Source: a virus. Taken from it: 64,000 bases of DNA. The notes below the pieces were generated by a model. It saw only the letters and a list, made by a program, of their open reading frames with translations. It did no database searches and was not told where the DNA came from. This document shows positions 9,683-18,794 of this stretch, in pieces. Both the position numbers and the translations under genes were made by a program. The first letter of the stretch is position 1. The number at the start of each line of letters is the position of its first letter. The stretch is from positions 1 to 64,000 of the IMG/VR virus record IMGVR_UViG_3300032331_002826; one strand, given 5' to 3'.

Positions 9683-10792
9683 TTACTTATTGATACCAGC
9701 GAGTGTCTTAAATCTCTCTGCCATCTTGTTACCACCAGACACAATTTCTTGTGATGGCTTTGTACTTGCAACTGCCTTACTTGCCAAACCTTCGGTGATA
9801 GTAGTTGCAGTTGTATTCTTTTTCTTGACAACTGATCCACCCAAATTAAACGATTCGGCCATAATTGCGTATGTCAACTTGACTTCACGTACATTCGTAG
9901 TGAGGTCAAAATTCTCTACAACCTTCATCTTCTGTTCAGCGTTCAAACTATATTGCTTGAACAACTTGTTAGTATAAAGCAACTTAGCGTTTAGCAAGTT
10001 AACTTCATTGATTTGGTTGCGCAAAATTTGCACTGTCTTCATTGCTTCGTCACGTTCTGCGGTGACTTCTTGAAGTTGTTCTTCCCATGCACTTTCATCG
10101 ACGTGCATTTCACCCTCGGAACCTTCTTTACCTTCTTCTCCGTCGAGTTCAGCAAGAAGTTCATCGAGGTTGATTTCTTCCATTTCCTCTTCAGCAACAG
10201 GTGCCACAGGAGCAACAGCAGTAGGATCTGCTGGAGCAACAGGTGCGGCTGGAGCGATAGTAGGATCACATGGTACAGCAGCGGTTGGATCTGCTGGAAC
10301 GGCAGGTGCTACAGGAGCAACTGCGGTTGGATCTGCTGGAACGGCAGGTGCTACAGGAGCAACTGCGGTTGGATCTGCGGGAGCAACTTCACCCTCTTCA
10401 TCGAGTCCACCTTCCTTCTCCAACTCAGCAATAATTTCTGCCAAATCAGCATCGGTGATTTCCTCTACTCCCTCTTCTTCCATCGAACCAGCGACGTGAC
10501 CAGCAGAGTGGCCTGGATCTTCGGTCTGATGACCTTCTTCTTCAAGATGACCATCAAAATGTTGTGAACCCTTTTCCGTCTTTGGTTCTTGAACTGGCTT
10601 CTTGTTGTCACCATGACCGATTGCGGATGGAACAACGTTTTCTTCTTCAGCGACTTCATTCTTGAGTCGTTCTGCAAACATAGCTTGAATGCGTTCACCG
10701 AAAGCTTCTTCAAGTGCTACTTTTGCGTTAGCAAGAGCAGTAGCACGAACAGCTTTAGCGTCCGCAAGCGCTTCTTTCAATAGATCTGACAT
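9683..10792 (-). CDS. Prohead core scaffolding protein (gp22-like)
   Basis: Acidic coiled-coil protein directly upstream of the capsid gene; EVNLLNAKLLY motif; C-terminal MAERFKTLAGI. Confidence 0.8.
   Translation of the reverse strand: MSDLLKEALADAKAVRATALANAKVALEEAFGERIQAMFAERLKNEVAEEENVVPSAIGHGDNKKPVQEPKTEKGSQHFDGHLEEEGHQTEDPGHSAGHVAGSMEEEGVEEITDADLAEIIAELEKEGGLDEEGEVAPADPTAVAPVAPAVPADPTAVAPVAPAVPADPTAAVPCDPTIAPAAPVAPADPTAVAPVAPVAEEEMEEINLDELLAELDGEEGKEGSEGEMHVDESAWEEQLQEVTAERDEAMKTVQILRNQINEVNLLNAKLLYTNKLFKQYSLNAEQKMKVVENFDLTTNVREVKLTYAIMAESFNLGGSVVKKKNTTATTITEGLASKAVASTKPSQEIVSGGNKMAERFKTLAGINK
10199..10388 (-). repeat. 42-bp coding repeat (PADPTAVAPVAPAV) in scaffold
   Basis: About four imperfect copies visible in DNA and protein. 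Confidence 0.9.
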
Positions 10793-10966
10793 AATTGTGA
10801 TTTCCTTTAGTTCTGAAGTTATTGGGGAGGAACTTCAATGAGAATTGGTATTCGTCTGGCAACAAAGAGGTTGTTGCATTTTGAAATAAATATATACAAA
10901 AATTCGAAACGAATAAAAATGTTGAGATTTGTATGTATTAGTGTCTATTTATACATTACGAGTATT

Positions 10967-11683
10967 ATGCCATCAAAAACACCAGCACAACAACGTCTGA
11001 TGGGACTTGCCCTATCCATTAAAAGGGGCAAAAAAAGCATTTCTAGTCTTCCAAAAGGACTACAATCAAAAGTGCGTCCTCTTCTACACATGACGGATGA
11101 CCAACTATCTGATTTTGCTAAAACCAGATTCAAAGAAATAGTTGCTGACATTGTAAATGAAATCTTGAATGAAAACGATGATAGCAATATTTCGGATAGC
11201 AAAGACATTGAAGTTGCAAACTTTGAAAACTATTTGAAACTGCCAGAAAACATTGGTATCTCATTTACTCAGAAAGAAAAAGATGCAACACTAATTCCAA
11301 ATCTCCCCGCTCCTTTTGCTAAAAGCATATTTGAAATACGTTACAAGAGCGTCGAAGGGGTGATGTCAGATGGATCAGAAGTAAAAACCAATAAAACTAC
11401 GGTCATTAAAAAGATTCGTGTTGGTGAAACAATGATGTACAAATCGTTTACATTGTTAGAGCCAGCAGAGGAACCAAAAAAGGACGGATCAGGAGATGAG
11501 TTAAAAGAAGCCGATGTTCCTCCTACAGGTCAACAACCAAAACCGACTGCTCCTCAACCAACACCCGAACAAAAGAAACAAAAAGTGATAGAAAAAACAT
11601 CACAGAGTTTCACTACCACACAGGGAGATGTTGAACTTTTTATCAACTTCCTAAAAGACGTAAACGAAGATATAAGATTGTAA
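10967..11683 (+). CDS. Hypothetical head-associated protein with DUF3008-like N-terminus
   Basis: ATG at 10967 (MPSKTPAQQRLMGLALSIKRG...LSDFAKT), 13 nt after the CTATTTATA motif; track start 10838 is probably too far upstream. Confidence 0.65.
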   Translation: MPSKTPAQQRLMGLALSIKRGKKSISSLPKGLQSKVRPLLHMTDDQLSDFAKTRFKEIVADIVNEILNENDDSNISDSKDIEVANFENYLKLPENIGISFTQKEKDATLIPNLPAPFAKSIFEIRYKSVEGVMSDGSEVKTNKTTVIKKIRVGETMMYKSFTLLEPAEEPKKDGSGDELKEADVPPTGQQPKPTAPQPTPEQKKQKVIEKTSQSFTTTQGDVELFINFLKDVNEDIRL

Positions 11684-11686
11684 CAT

Positions 11687-12619
11687 ATGGATACCGCAAC
11701 ACATATTATTAATCTCCACAACCCAAATAAGGAAGGAAAACATCCACATCTTATTCAAAAAGGTGGTGGTAGAACAACAACTCATACAAACAAAACGTTT
11801 GAGGAAAAACAACCACATCCAACATTGGTTGCACTAAAAGACTGGAAAATCAATGACATTGAGTTGTTTGCAAGCATGGGTTTCTCGGCCGAGAAACATG
11901 GTGAAGATGGATATTATATGGAAGAAGATATTCTTCCTATTGGAGACGGAGAACCACAAAACTTTGTTCGTCGTATTTCAAGAACCAAAGACCATAAATG
12001 GATACTAGAAAAGAAATCAAGAGAAAACGTTCAAGATGATTTCAAGTTAGAAAAAACATTTAACCAATTGATGGGTACAGAAAGTAATCCCGGCCTCTTG
12101 GATTATTTTGATACTTTAACCGATAAATTGACTGAAAGACTATATTTATACAAGCATATGAAACTCAAAACCATTCTCGAAAACCTACCACCAGCAGCGC
12201 CACTGTCTCCATTGAAACAAGACGTGACACAAGTAAGCAAACACGGTCAAGCAGAAGAAGCTGTAATCAATCGTGGATTGTCAAAAGAACAAAAGAAAAT
12301 GCTCCAAGAATTGGTAATGGAATATAACCGTTACAACGAAGTATTGGAAGCACGTAAAAAACTTATGGAAGTTGCCACAAAAATGGCCAATATCGGAGAT
12401 CTTGCCGAAGCATATCTGACCGAAAAACTTCACGAAGGTAACAACGACGAAAACGCATGGTTTGAAGAAAAGACCATTCGTAGAAACACCTCAGAAATCA
12501 AGAAATTTGCAGCAGAGTTCAAGAAGTCAGCAACAGACTGTGACCAACAAATGAAGGGTATGCAAACCATGTACAAAGAATGTGGTATGTTGCTAGAACG
12601 TTATTTCAATATGGAGTAA
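11687..12619 (+). CDS. Hypothetical protein, probably with an internal second start at 12158
   Basis: 310-aa ORF; internal TATATTTATA motif followed by in-frame ATG (MKLKTILE...). Confidence 0.7.
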   Translation: MDTATHIINLHNPNKEGKHPHLIQKGGGRTTTHTNKTFEEKQPHPTLVALKDWKINDIELFASMGFSAEKHGEDGYYMEEDILPIGDGEPQNFVRRISRTKDHKWILEKKSRENVQDDFKLEKTFNQLMGTESNPGLLDYFDTLTDKLTERLYLYKHMKLKTILENLPPAAPLSPLKQDVTQVSKHGQAEEAVINRGLSKEQKKMLQELVMEYNRYNEVLEARKKLMEVATKMANIGDLAEAYLTEKLHEGNNDENAWFEEKTIRRNTSEIKKFAAEFKKSATDCDQQMKGMQTMYKECGMLLERYFNME

Positions 12620-12639
12620 GTTGAGTTTCATATAAAAAG

Positions 12640-12671
12640 AAAACCCACCGATTTGTTTCGGTGGGTTTTTT
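12640..12671. terminator. Bidirectional terminator between convergent genes
   Basis: aaaacccaccga-tttgtt-tcggtgggtttttt. Confidence 0.85.
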
Positions 12672-12709
12672 CGTGCGTGGATGTCGTTGTTCAACGACTC
12701 ATGTTATTA

Positions 12710-15700
12710 TTACTTGTAGAACTCTCTATAGATCTCAGGTGAAATGAACTCTTCCTTAAGATTCTTGAAAGCAGGAGACTGATCAAACGTCTTGTCAGAG
12801 TAACTCAACTTCAATACATCATCGGTATCATCACGGCCCGATTTAGCAAGAGAATTAAGCTTGTCAATATAATTCTTACCTTTTTCAGGATCAATTGCCT
12901 GTGATCCATTCTTAGATACGTAATTCCATTCTCCATTGTAATATTGATACATAGAGTTTGGTGTCAACGGTTTTTCTTCTGCCTTTGCTCTAATAATAGT
13001 CTTTTCTTTTGGTTTGAATGAATCAGAAGTCTTCTCAGCTTCTTTGCCAGCATCAGCAGTCTTTGCTGCATCCGTACCACCGAGAATATCGATTCCTTGG
13101 AATGCACTGTCAATTGTCTTATCGACCTTGCCTAGACCCTTCTTGCCGCTTGTACCAACGATCATGTCGTTTATATCCAATACCACTGAGATGATGGGTT
13201 TCAACGATGCCTTGGTTGCTTTTATAGGATCAAATGATTTGAGCAAAGTAGAAAGATCGATCAATCGTGACAAGAACAATTTTACTTGTTTGATATCACT
13301 TGCATCAATCTCAGTGCCAGTCGAAGACGCAGCAACAGCGGATTCATCTTCTTTAACAACATTAGGATTCTTCTTATTCACCATTTGACGAAGTTCAAAT
13401 GTCAATCCGATGATGTTTGGAAGAAGAGTGTTAACCTCTTTTGTAAATGCAACTATGTCAGCACTCGTCATAGTTTCAGCCAACATTGATTTTCTGAGAG
13501 CGTTAACATTACCGCCGAGTTTCTTCATCACTTCAGCTTTGTACTTTGGATTTTCCAAAGCATTCTTGATTGCGATCACCAATGATTTTACATACTTTGC
13601 ATTCTTAGGATCATTTTGATCTCCCTTCAAAAGTTTTTGAATTCTCGATTGTAGACCACCCGAAAGTAAAGGACTACCTTTCAATGCCGTCAAATATGTA
13701 GTAAATCCGTTAGATACACCAGCAGGAGTTGTACCATCACCGGGAGTTGTTCCGCCCGGAGTTGTTCCACCACCACCTCCGCCTCCGCCTGGGGTTGTTC
13801 CGCCTGGGGTTGTTCCACCACCACCTCCGCCTCCGCCTGGGGTTGTTCCGCCTGGGGTTGTTCCACCACCACCTCCGCCTCCGCCTCCGCCTGGGGTTGT
13901 TCCGCCTGGGGTTGTTCCACCACCACCTCCGCCTGGGGTTGTTCCGCCTGGGGTTGTTCCACCGCCGCCGTCTGGTGTTGCTGGTGTAGGTGGAGTGGAT
14001 GCTTCTTTATCATCTACAACGACATCTTTTGGAAACTCCAATTTATACTTTGGAAACTCTCCAAGAATACTATCAATAATTTCAACAGCAGATTTTGCCT
14101 TTGGTTCTTTTCTTAATCCGTCTAACAATTCAGTTGTAGTTTTACCTTTTATTTTAAAGGTCTTTGCAACATCCTTGATGTATCCACGGATTTCTTTATC
14201 AATATTCTTCTTTAAATTTGCAACTGCGTCTTGTTGATTTCCAGATAACTTGTCTGGATTCACAGGAGGGTTGCCTGGAAGAACAGGAGGAACTGCGCCT
14301 GGAGCAGCTGCTTCAGCTTCAGACATTACTGATTTAACAATATCAGAAAGTTTAAATGATTCTTTGATAACTGGGGGTTTTCCGGATGCACCAACTGATG
14401 CACCTGCACCAATTGCACCACCAGCTGCACCTGCAACACCACTTGCAGCACCCTGTGTTACTCCCAAGTAAATATCATTAAATGCTTTTGTTGCGGCTTG
14501 TGCATCATTATTTGCTGCCATAACAGCGTCATAATTTTTAAATGCATTTACAAGCTTGGTATTGTTAGGGTCGTTTGCAATTTGACTAATTACCTTTTTG
14601 ATTTCAGATAATTGTTGTGGAATTTTATTTATAATTGTTTCTGCACCAGCTTGATCCCCTGATCTAAACACATTCCAAGCATCGTCACTCAACTTATTAA
14701 TATTATCCGACATGGATTTAATATAAGCAGCATTCTCTGGAGTTGTTACTATATCCATATCAATACTTTGACCGGATGAAAAACTTTTACCGCTGAATCC
14801 CTGAAATATGGTTCCTTTATTTGTAACGCCTCCAACCATATGTTGTTGATAGTTGGTATACAACTTCAACTTTTCATGTACCCATCCTTTGCCAGTTGCA
14901 TCAGTAACTTTATTAATGACATCTGGTTGAAGTATTGCTGGTTGTGGCACTTTGATCATATTATCAAAGATTGGACCAACCACGGTACTGATAAGTTTTC
15001 CTGTAATCCAACCAACAGCTGCTGCTTTCAACGCACCACCAACTGCTGTTGATGCACTTTCACCTTTCAACAATCCCAAACCGGTTCTCAAGAAGAATGC
15101 AACTGCACTAGTAAGAATTGGCAATTGAGTTGCAGTAAGAATACCAAGTCCCAATGTACCCGCACTCAAACCGATAGTAGTCGTCATCAATGCAATAATA
15201 ACACCAGATTTGCCTGGATTCTTTTTTGCATATTCTGCCAATGCATCAACTGATTGTAAAATCTTTGAAGTTTCTTTACCCTCTTTGTCTGTTTTTGACA
15301 ACTTATTACGTAAAGATTGTTTCTTTTCTTCAAACAAACGATCAAAGTCTTGAACAGGTTGTGTATTTTGAATTTTCTTCCATTGAGCATCAAACACTTC
15401 ATTGAGTTTGTTGGTCAATTGTTGTACACCATTTGCACCAGCAAATGCGGTTCCGATAAGTGCAGCACCTGGCAAACCTACTCCAGCTAATGCCAAACTA
15501 CTACCACCTTTCAAAACTTGTCCACCTTTTTGAGCAATACCTTTCAACCATCCACTTTTCTGTACAGGAACCAAACCAATTTTATCTGGTATAGTATTGT
15601 CAAATGTTTTTAGTTGACCGAGATAATCACCCAAACTTCTTGTGAAATTCTTATTTCTGGCGTTAATATATGCTACACTACCATCTTTATCTACATTAAT

Positions 15701-16033
15701 ATCTAACTTGTTTTGTGCCCAATTACCAAGTTTACCGCCTAATCCTGCTCCGGTAGCAAGTTTTCCAACAAGAGTTGTTGCCTTTGAACCAAGACCCGCT
15801 ACTCTCGCAGCAAACTGATCACCAAACTTCTCTTGAAGAATCTTCTCACTAATTTCGACACACTCTAATGCAAGAATCAATTCTTTCTGGACATTCAGTC
15901 CGTCACGATAATATTCAAAAAATTCTTGAGTACGATCACCCAGCAAAGAACTATATTGTTCGTTGAATGCAACTTCTTCGTTGAGAAGTTGTTTAAAATA
16001 CAAATTTTCGATGATAAGTGTTGTATCAGTCAT
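12710..16033 (-). CDS. Large putative internal head / ejection protein with hydrophobic helices and Gly-Thr-Pro linker
   Basis: 1107 aa between protease and scaffold genes; hydrophobic segments at about aa 175-205 and 275-350; GGTTP repeats. Confidence 0.55.
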   Translation of the reverse strand: MTDTTLIIENLYFKQLLNEEVAFNEQYSSLLGDRTQEFFEYYRDGLNVQKELILALECVEISEKILQEKFGDQFAARVAGLGSKATTLVGKLATGAGLGGKLGNWAQNKLDINVDKDGSVAYINARNKNFTRSLGDYLGQLKTFDNTIPDKIGLVPVQKSGWLKGIAQKGGQVLKGGSSLALAGVGLPGAALIGTAFAGANGVQQLTNKLNEVFDAQWKKIQNTQPVQDFDRLFEEKKQSLRNKLSKTDKEGKETSKILQSVDALAEYAKKNPGKSGVIIALMTTTIGLSAGTLGLGILTATQLPILTSAVAFFLRTGLGLLKGESASTAVGGALKAAAVGWITGKLISTVVGPIFDNMIKVPQPAILQPDVINKVTDATGKGWVHEKLKLYTNYQQHMVGGVTNKGTIFQGFSGKSFSSGQSIDMDIVTTPENAAYIKSMSDNINKLSDDAWNVFRSGDQAGAETIINKIPQQLSEIKKVISQIANDPNNTKLVNAFKNYDAVMAANNDAQAATKAFNDIYLGVTQGAASGVAGAAGGAIGAGASVGASGKPPVIKESFKLSDIVKSVMSEAEAAAPGAVPPVLPGNPPVNPDKLSGNQQDAVANLKKNIDKEIRGYIKDVAKTFKIKGKTTTELLDGLRKEPKAKSAVEIIDSILGEFPKYKLEFPKDVVVDDKEASTPPTPATPDGGGGTTPGGTTPGGGGGGTTPGGTTPGGGGGGGGGGTTPGGTTPGGGGGGGGTTPGGTTPGGGGGGGGTTPGGTTPGDGTTPAGVSNGFTTYLTALKGSPLLSGGLQSRIQKLLKGDQNDPKNAKYVKSLVIAIKNALENPKYKAEVMKKLGGNVNALRKSMLAETMTSADIVAFTKEVNTLLPNIIGLTFELRQMVNKKNPNVVKEDESAVAASSTGTEIDASDIKQVKLFLSRLIDLSTLLKSFDPIKATKASLKPIISVVLDINDMIVGTSGKKGLGKVDKTIDSAFQGIDILGGTDAAKTADAGKEAEKTSDSFKPKEKTIIRAKAEEKPLTPNSMYQYYNGEWNYVSKNGSQAIDPEKGKNYIDKLNSLAKSGRDDTDDVLKLSYSDKTFDQSPAFKNLKEEFISPEIYREFYK
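13730..13970 (-). repeat. GGTTPGGTTPGGGGG coding repeat
   Basis: Repeated ggggttgttccgcct/ccaccacctccgcct units with a local GC spike. Confidence 0.95.
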
Positions 16034-16037
16034 AAAA

Positions 16038-16670
16038 TTACTTAATTTCAGATATAATGTCTCGAATCAAACTCTCTACCTTTTCATATCTGTTTGCAAT
16101 CTGACGTTCTACAGATTCTTTTAGTTGTTCCGCTGGAAACAAAAAAGCACCTCTAGTCGAAGGATTGCTTACAAAATCAAACGCGATTAGTTCAAAATCG
16201 TCTTGAACTTCATCTGCGTTTTCTCTTACGTTCTTGCGAACACTTCCGAGTCCACGGCTACTAATACCGAGTTTAATTCCTGCCTTAAAAAGTTGTTTGA
16301 GAATGTTACCATTTGGAGTTGGAAGAAGTTCTACCTTGCCAACCAAATCATCACCATTCCACATCATTTCCACCACGTTGTGACTTACGTTTTGTAGATT
16401 TACTACACTGCTATCTGGATGATCCAACTCACCCAACGCACGACGTTCTTTCACAAAGTTTTGATCGTATTTTTGAACTTCACGTTGCAAAATATCTTTT
16501 GGGTAAACACGACCGTTTTGATTTTTTACGTTAGCTCTTTGCAAAACACCTTGAACGATCACCGTAGAATCGGGATCATCAAATGATTCATTCAAATTGC
16601 CTTTAGCTGGTTCAAACCAGATGCAATTTACCAACAAATCATTGGTTGTTTTAGAAATTATGTTTTCCAT
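16038..16670 (-). CDS. gp21: Prohead core protease (T4 gp21-like)
   Basis: NQNGRVYP, ALGELDHP, VSH, LGISSRGLGS, FDFVSNPS. Confidence 0.95.
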   Translation of the reverse strand: MENIISKTTNDLLVNCIWFEPAKGNLNESFDDPDSTVIVQGVLQRANVKNQNGRVYPKDILQREVQKYDQNFVKERRALGELDHPDSSVVNLQNVSHNVVEMMWNGDDLVGKVELLPTPNGNILKQLFKAGIKLGISSRGLGSVRKNVRENADEVQDDFELIAFDFVSNPSTRGAFLFPAEQLKESVERQIANRYEKVESLIRDIISEIK

Positions 16671-16671
16671 A

Positions 16672-17193
16672 TTATTTTGGGTTTTGTTGTGTAGGCACTA
16701 CAGGAGGTTGTTTTGGAGCAGCAGGAACTCCTGGAGGAGTGCCTGGCGGCTTAACAGAGGGTTCAGTTGATACCTTAGGTTTCTTTTCCCTCTTTGGTTT
16801 TAACGGTTCTCCTTGACCAAGAATTGTAATCTTGAAACCAGTTTTCAGAAAATACTCCTTGTCATGTTCGTCGCGAAAAATGACAACATAACGGTCATAG
16901 AAATAATCCAAACTTGTGCCTGTAACAGAAATAACATAGTCTCGAATTGGTTGACCGTATCCTTTTGATGCCTGAATGGATACTTTCTTTCCCAGAACTC
17001 GAGCGTTCAAATTACGAAGAAATGCTGCTTTTGATTGTTCGGTAGCATTAGCAATTTTGCTTTCAAAATCCGAAAAATCAGCACTAACATTATAGTCAAT
17101 AGCACCAGAGGGCATAGGTTGTCCGCCAGCAGTAGATGGTGCTGGGGCAACGACTGGTTCTTGTTCCATGATCAATTTGACTAGAGAAATCAT
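16672..17193 (-). CDS. Hypothetical head-module protein, Pro-rich tail
   Basis: ATG at 17193 (MISLVKLIME) abuts the upstream stop codon. Confidence 0.65.
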   Translation of the reverse strand: MISLVKLIMEQEPVVAPAPSTAGGQPMPSGAIDYNVSADFSDFESKIANATEQSKAAFLRNLNARVLGKKVSIQASKGYGQPIRDYVISVTGTSLDYFYDRYVVIFRDEHDKEYFLKTGFKITILGQGEPLKPKREKKPKVSTEPSVKPPGTPPGVPAAPKQPPVVPTQQNPK

Positions 17194-17194
17194 A

Positions 17195-17875
17195 TTATCG
17201 GTGAAATGTTTTGAGTCTTGATTCAAGCGACTTTAGACGACTACGAATTTCAGCAATACGTACCTCAGTACGCTTCCACAAATCGTCCTTTGGAATATTT
17301 AGTTCAGTCTTAAGTTTTTCGTTGACAGTCATCAAAAAATCCACTTCTCTCAACATTTTGGTGATTTCTTGTACCACCATAGAAATCTTGGATCTGTCCT
17401 TCATCGGATGAGTCTTGAAACGATTATAACGAGAAACTGCTTCGTCCAACTTTTCAAGGTCATCAAGATGTTTTTTGATTTTCTTTACCGCATCCTTCTT
17501 TCCAGTCTTTTTTGACACATCCAAACGTCGTCTCAACAAATACTCATCTGAATCTGTTGCTGGTATTCCATCATTGTCAACATCGTCATCTTCTTTACCC
17601 ACTGGATCCAACTTTGACTTCTTTCCGACCTTCTTTCCGACTTTCTTTTCGTCGATTTCTTTAGCAACAGTAAAACCCATACTCGTCATTGCGTCGGTTG
17701 CTTTCTTTCCATGAGACTGACCTTTCTCTGAAAATGCTGCTGGTCCAGTTACAGCACCAATTGCGCTCGTGCCGGTCATTTCTTCCAATTCTTTACGAAT
17801 GATCGACTTGATAAGTTCTTTCAATTTATCTTCGCCGGTGATCAATTTTGCGGTTTTATGTTTTTGTTCACTCAT
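17195..17875 (-). CDS. Hypothetical prohead core protein
   Basis: LDPVGKEDDDVDNDG...SDEYL motif recognised from T4-like head/core proteins. Confidence 0.6.
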   Translation of the reverse strand: MSEQKHKTAKLITGEDKLKELIKSIIRKELEEMTGTSAIGAVTGPAAFSEKGQSHGKKATDAMTSMGFTVAKEIDEKKVGKKVGKKSKLDPVGKEDDDVDNDGIPATDSDEYLLRRRLDVSKKTGKKDAVKKIKKHLDDLEKLDEAVSRYNRFKTHPMKDRSKISMVVQEITKMLREVDFLMTVNEKLKTELNIPKDDLWKRTEVRIAEIRSRLKSLESRLKTFHR

Positions 17876-17876
17876 A

Positions 17877-18740
17877 TTACTTCAAATTGCTTAGTTCTTT
17901 GATAAGTTCGTAAGACAACATCAGTGTCATAACATGACTGTCTTTAACAACTGTGGACGGTTTGATACGACTCAAAACCTTGGAAATTTCATTGAGTTTA
18001 ATCTTGACAACATCGTTGTCATTGATATTTGACGCAAATACAGACAGTTGTGACTTAATCTTCTCAACCTCTTCACAAACAAATTTTGAAAGAGCATTGG
18101 TATTTGAAACGTTGAGAATATACTCTCTCAAAAGTTTCTTTTGATTTTCGTCGAAATCTTTATACTTGTTATTGATACCTTCCAACAAAATCTTGTATGC
18201 GATTAATCTAATATCTTCGCTTTGTTGTTTATAGTATTCAACCAACTTTTCCTCAGCGTCACTCTTGCGAGAAAGTTTGTTTACCAAAGAATCGGTAACG
18301 GATTCTCTTGCTTTAACAATATCATTGACATCGGTTCTGGCAGACGAACGATTTTCAAGTATCTTGTATACAGATGCCAACACTCTATAGTTTTTGATAT
18401 TACCCTTCAAGAAACTTTCAATTGGATACACACCTTTGATCTCTTTAATTAGATCATATTTTTGTTGAGCCAACTTTCTATCATCCAATTTTGCGCGAGA
18501 TTCCAACACCACATTTACGATCCTATCGGCGTGTGTCACGTCCCTTGCCTTTTCGTTCAACAGAAAATTGTAAAGTTGATACTCCCTGCCCAGTTCAGTA
18601 TTTTCTGTAAAATACTTGAAAAGAATTTGTTTTGCAGCTGAATGATCGTTACCAGCAAGAATATCGGCCGTGATCTGTCTGGTAAGCAGCTCAAACAAAA
18701 TTCCCGTATTTTTGAACTTTGAATGCTTAGATTTATGCAT
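17877..18740 (-). CDS. Conserved head-module hypothetical protein
   Basis: KHSKFKNTGILFELL N-terminus; follows the portal gene; late motif at 18757. Confidence 0.65.
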   Translation of the reverse strand: MHKSKHSKFKNTGILFELLTRQITADILAGNDHSAAKQILFKYFTENTELGREYQLYNFLLNEKARDVTHADRIVNVVLESRAKLDDRKLAQQKYDLIKEIKGVYPIESFLKGNIKNYRVLASVYKILENRSSARTDVNDIVKARESVTDSLVNKLSRKSDAEEKLVEYYKQQSEDIRLIAYKILLEGINNKYKDFDENQKKLLREYILNVSNTNALSKFVCEEVEKIKSQLSVFASNINDNDVVKIKLNEISKVLSRIKPSTVVKDSHVMTLMLSYELIKELSNLK

Positions 18741-18794
18741 ACTGTTAGTTATAAGTTATAAATATATCAATGTTTATTGAAACTCCCATATTTG

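Noticed and set aside
13690-14013. Alternative-frame repeat ORFs (EQPQA and LFRLG repeats)
   Set aside because: Frame and antisense shadows of the GGTTP repeat in the 1107-aa gene
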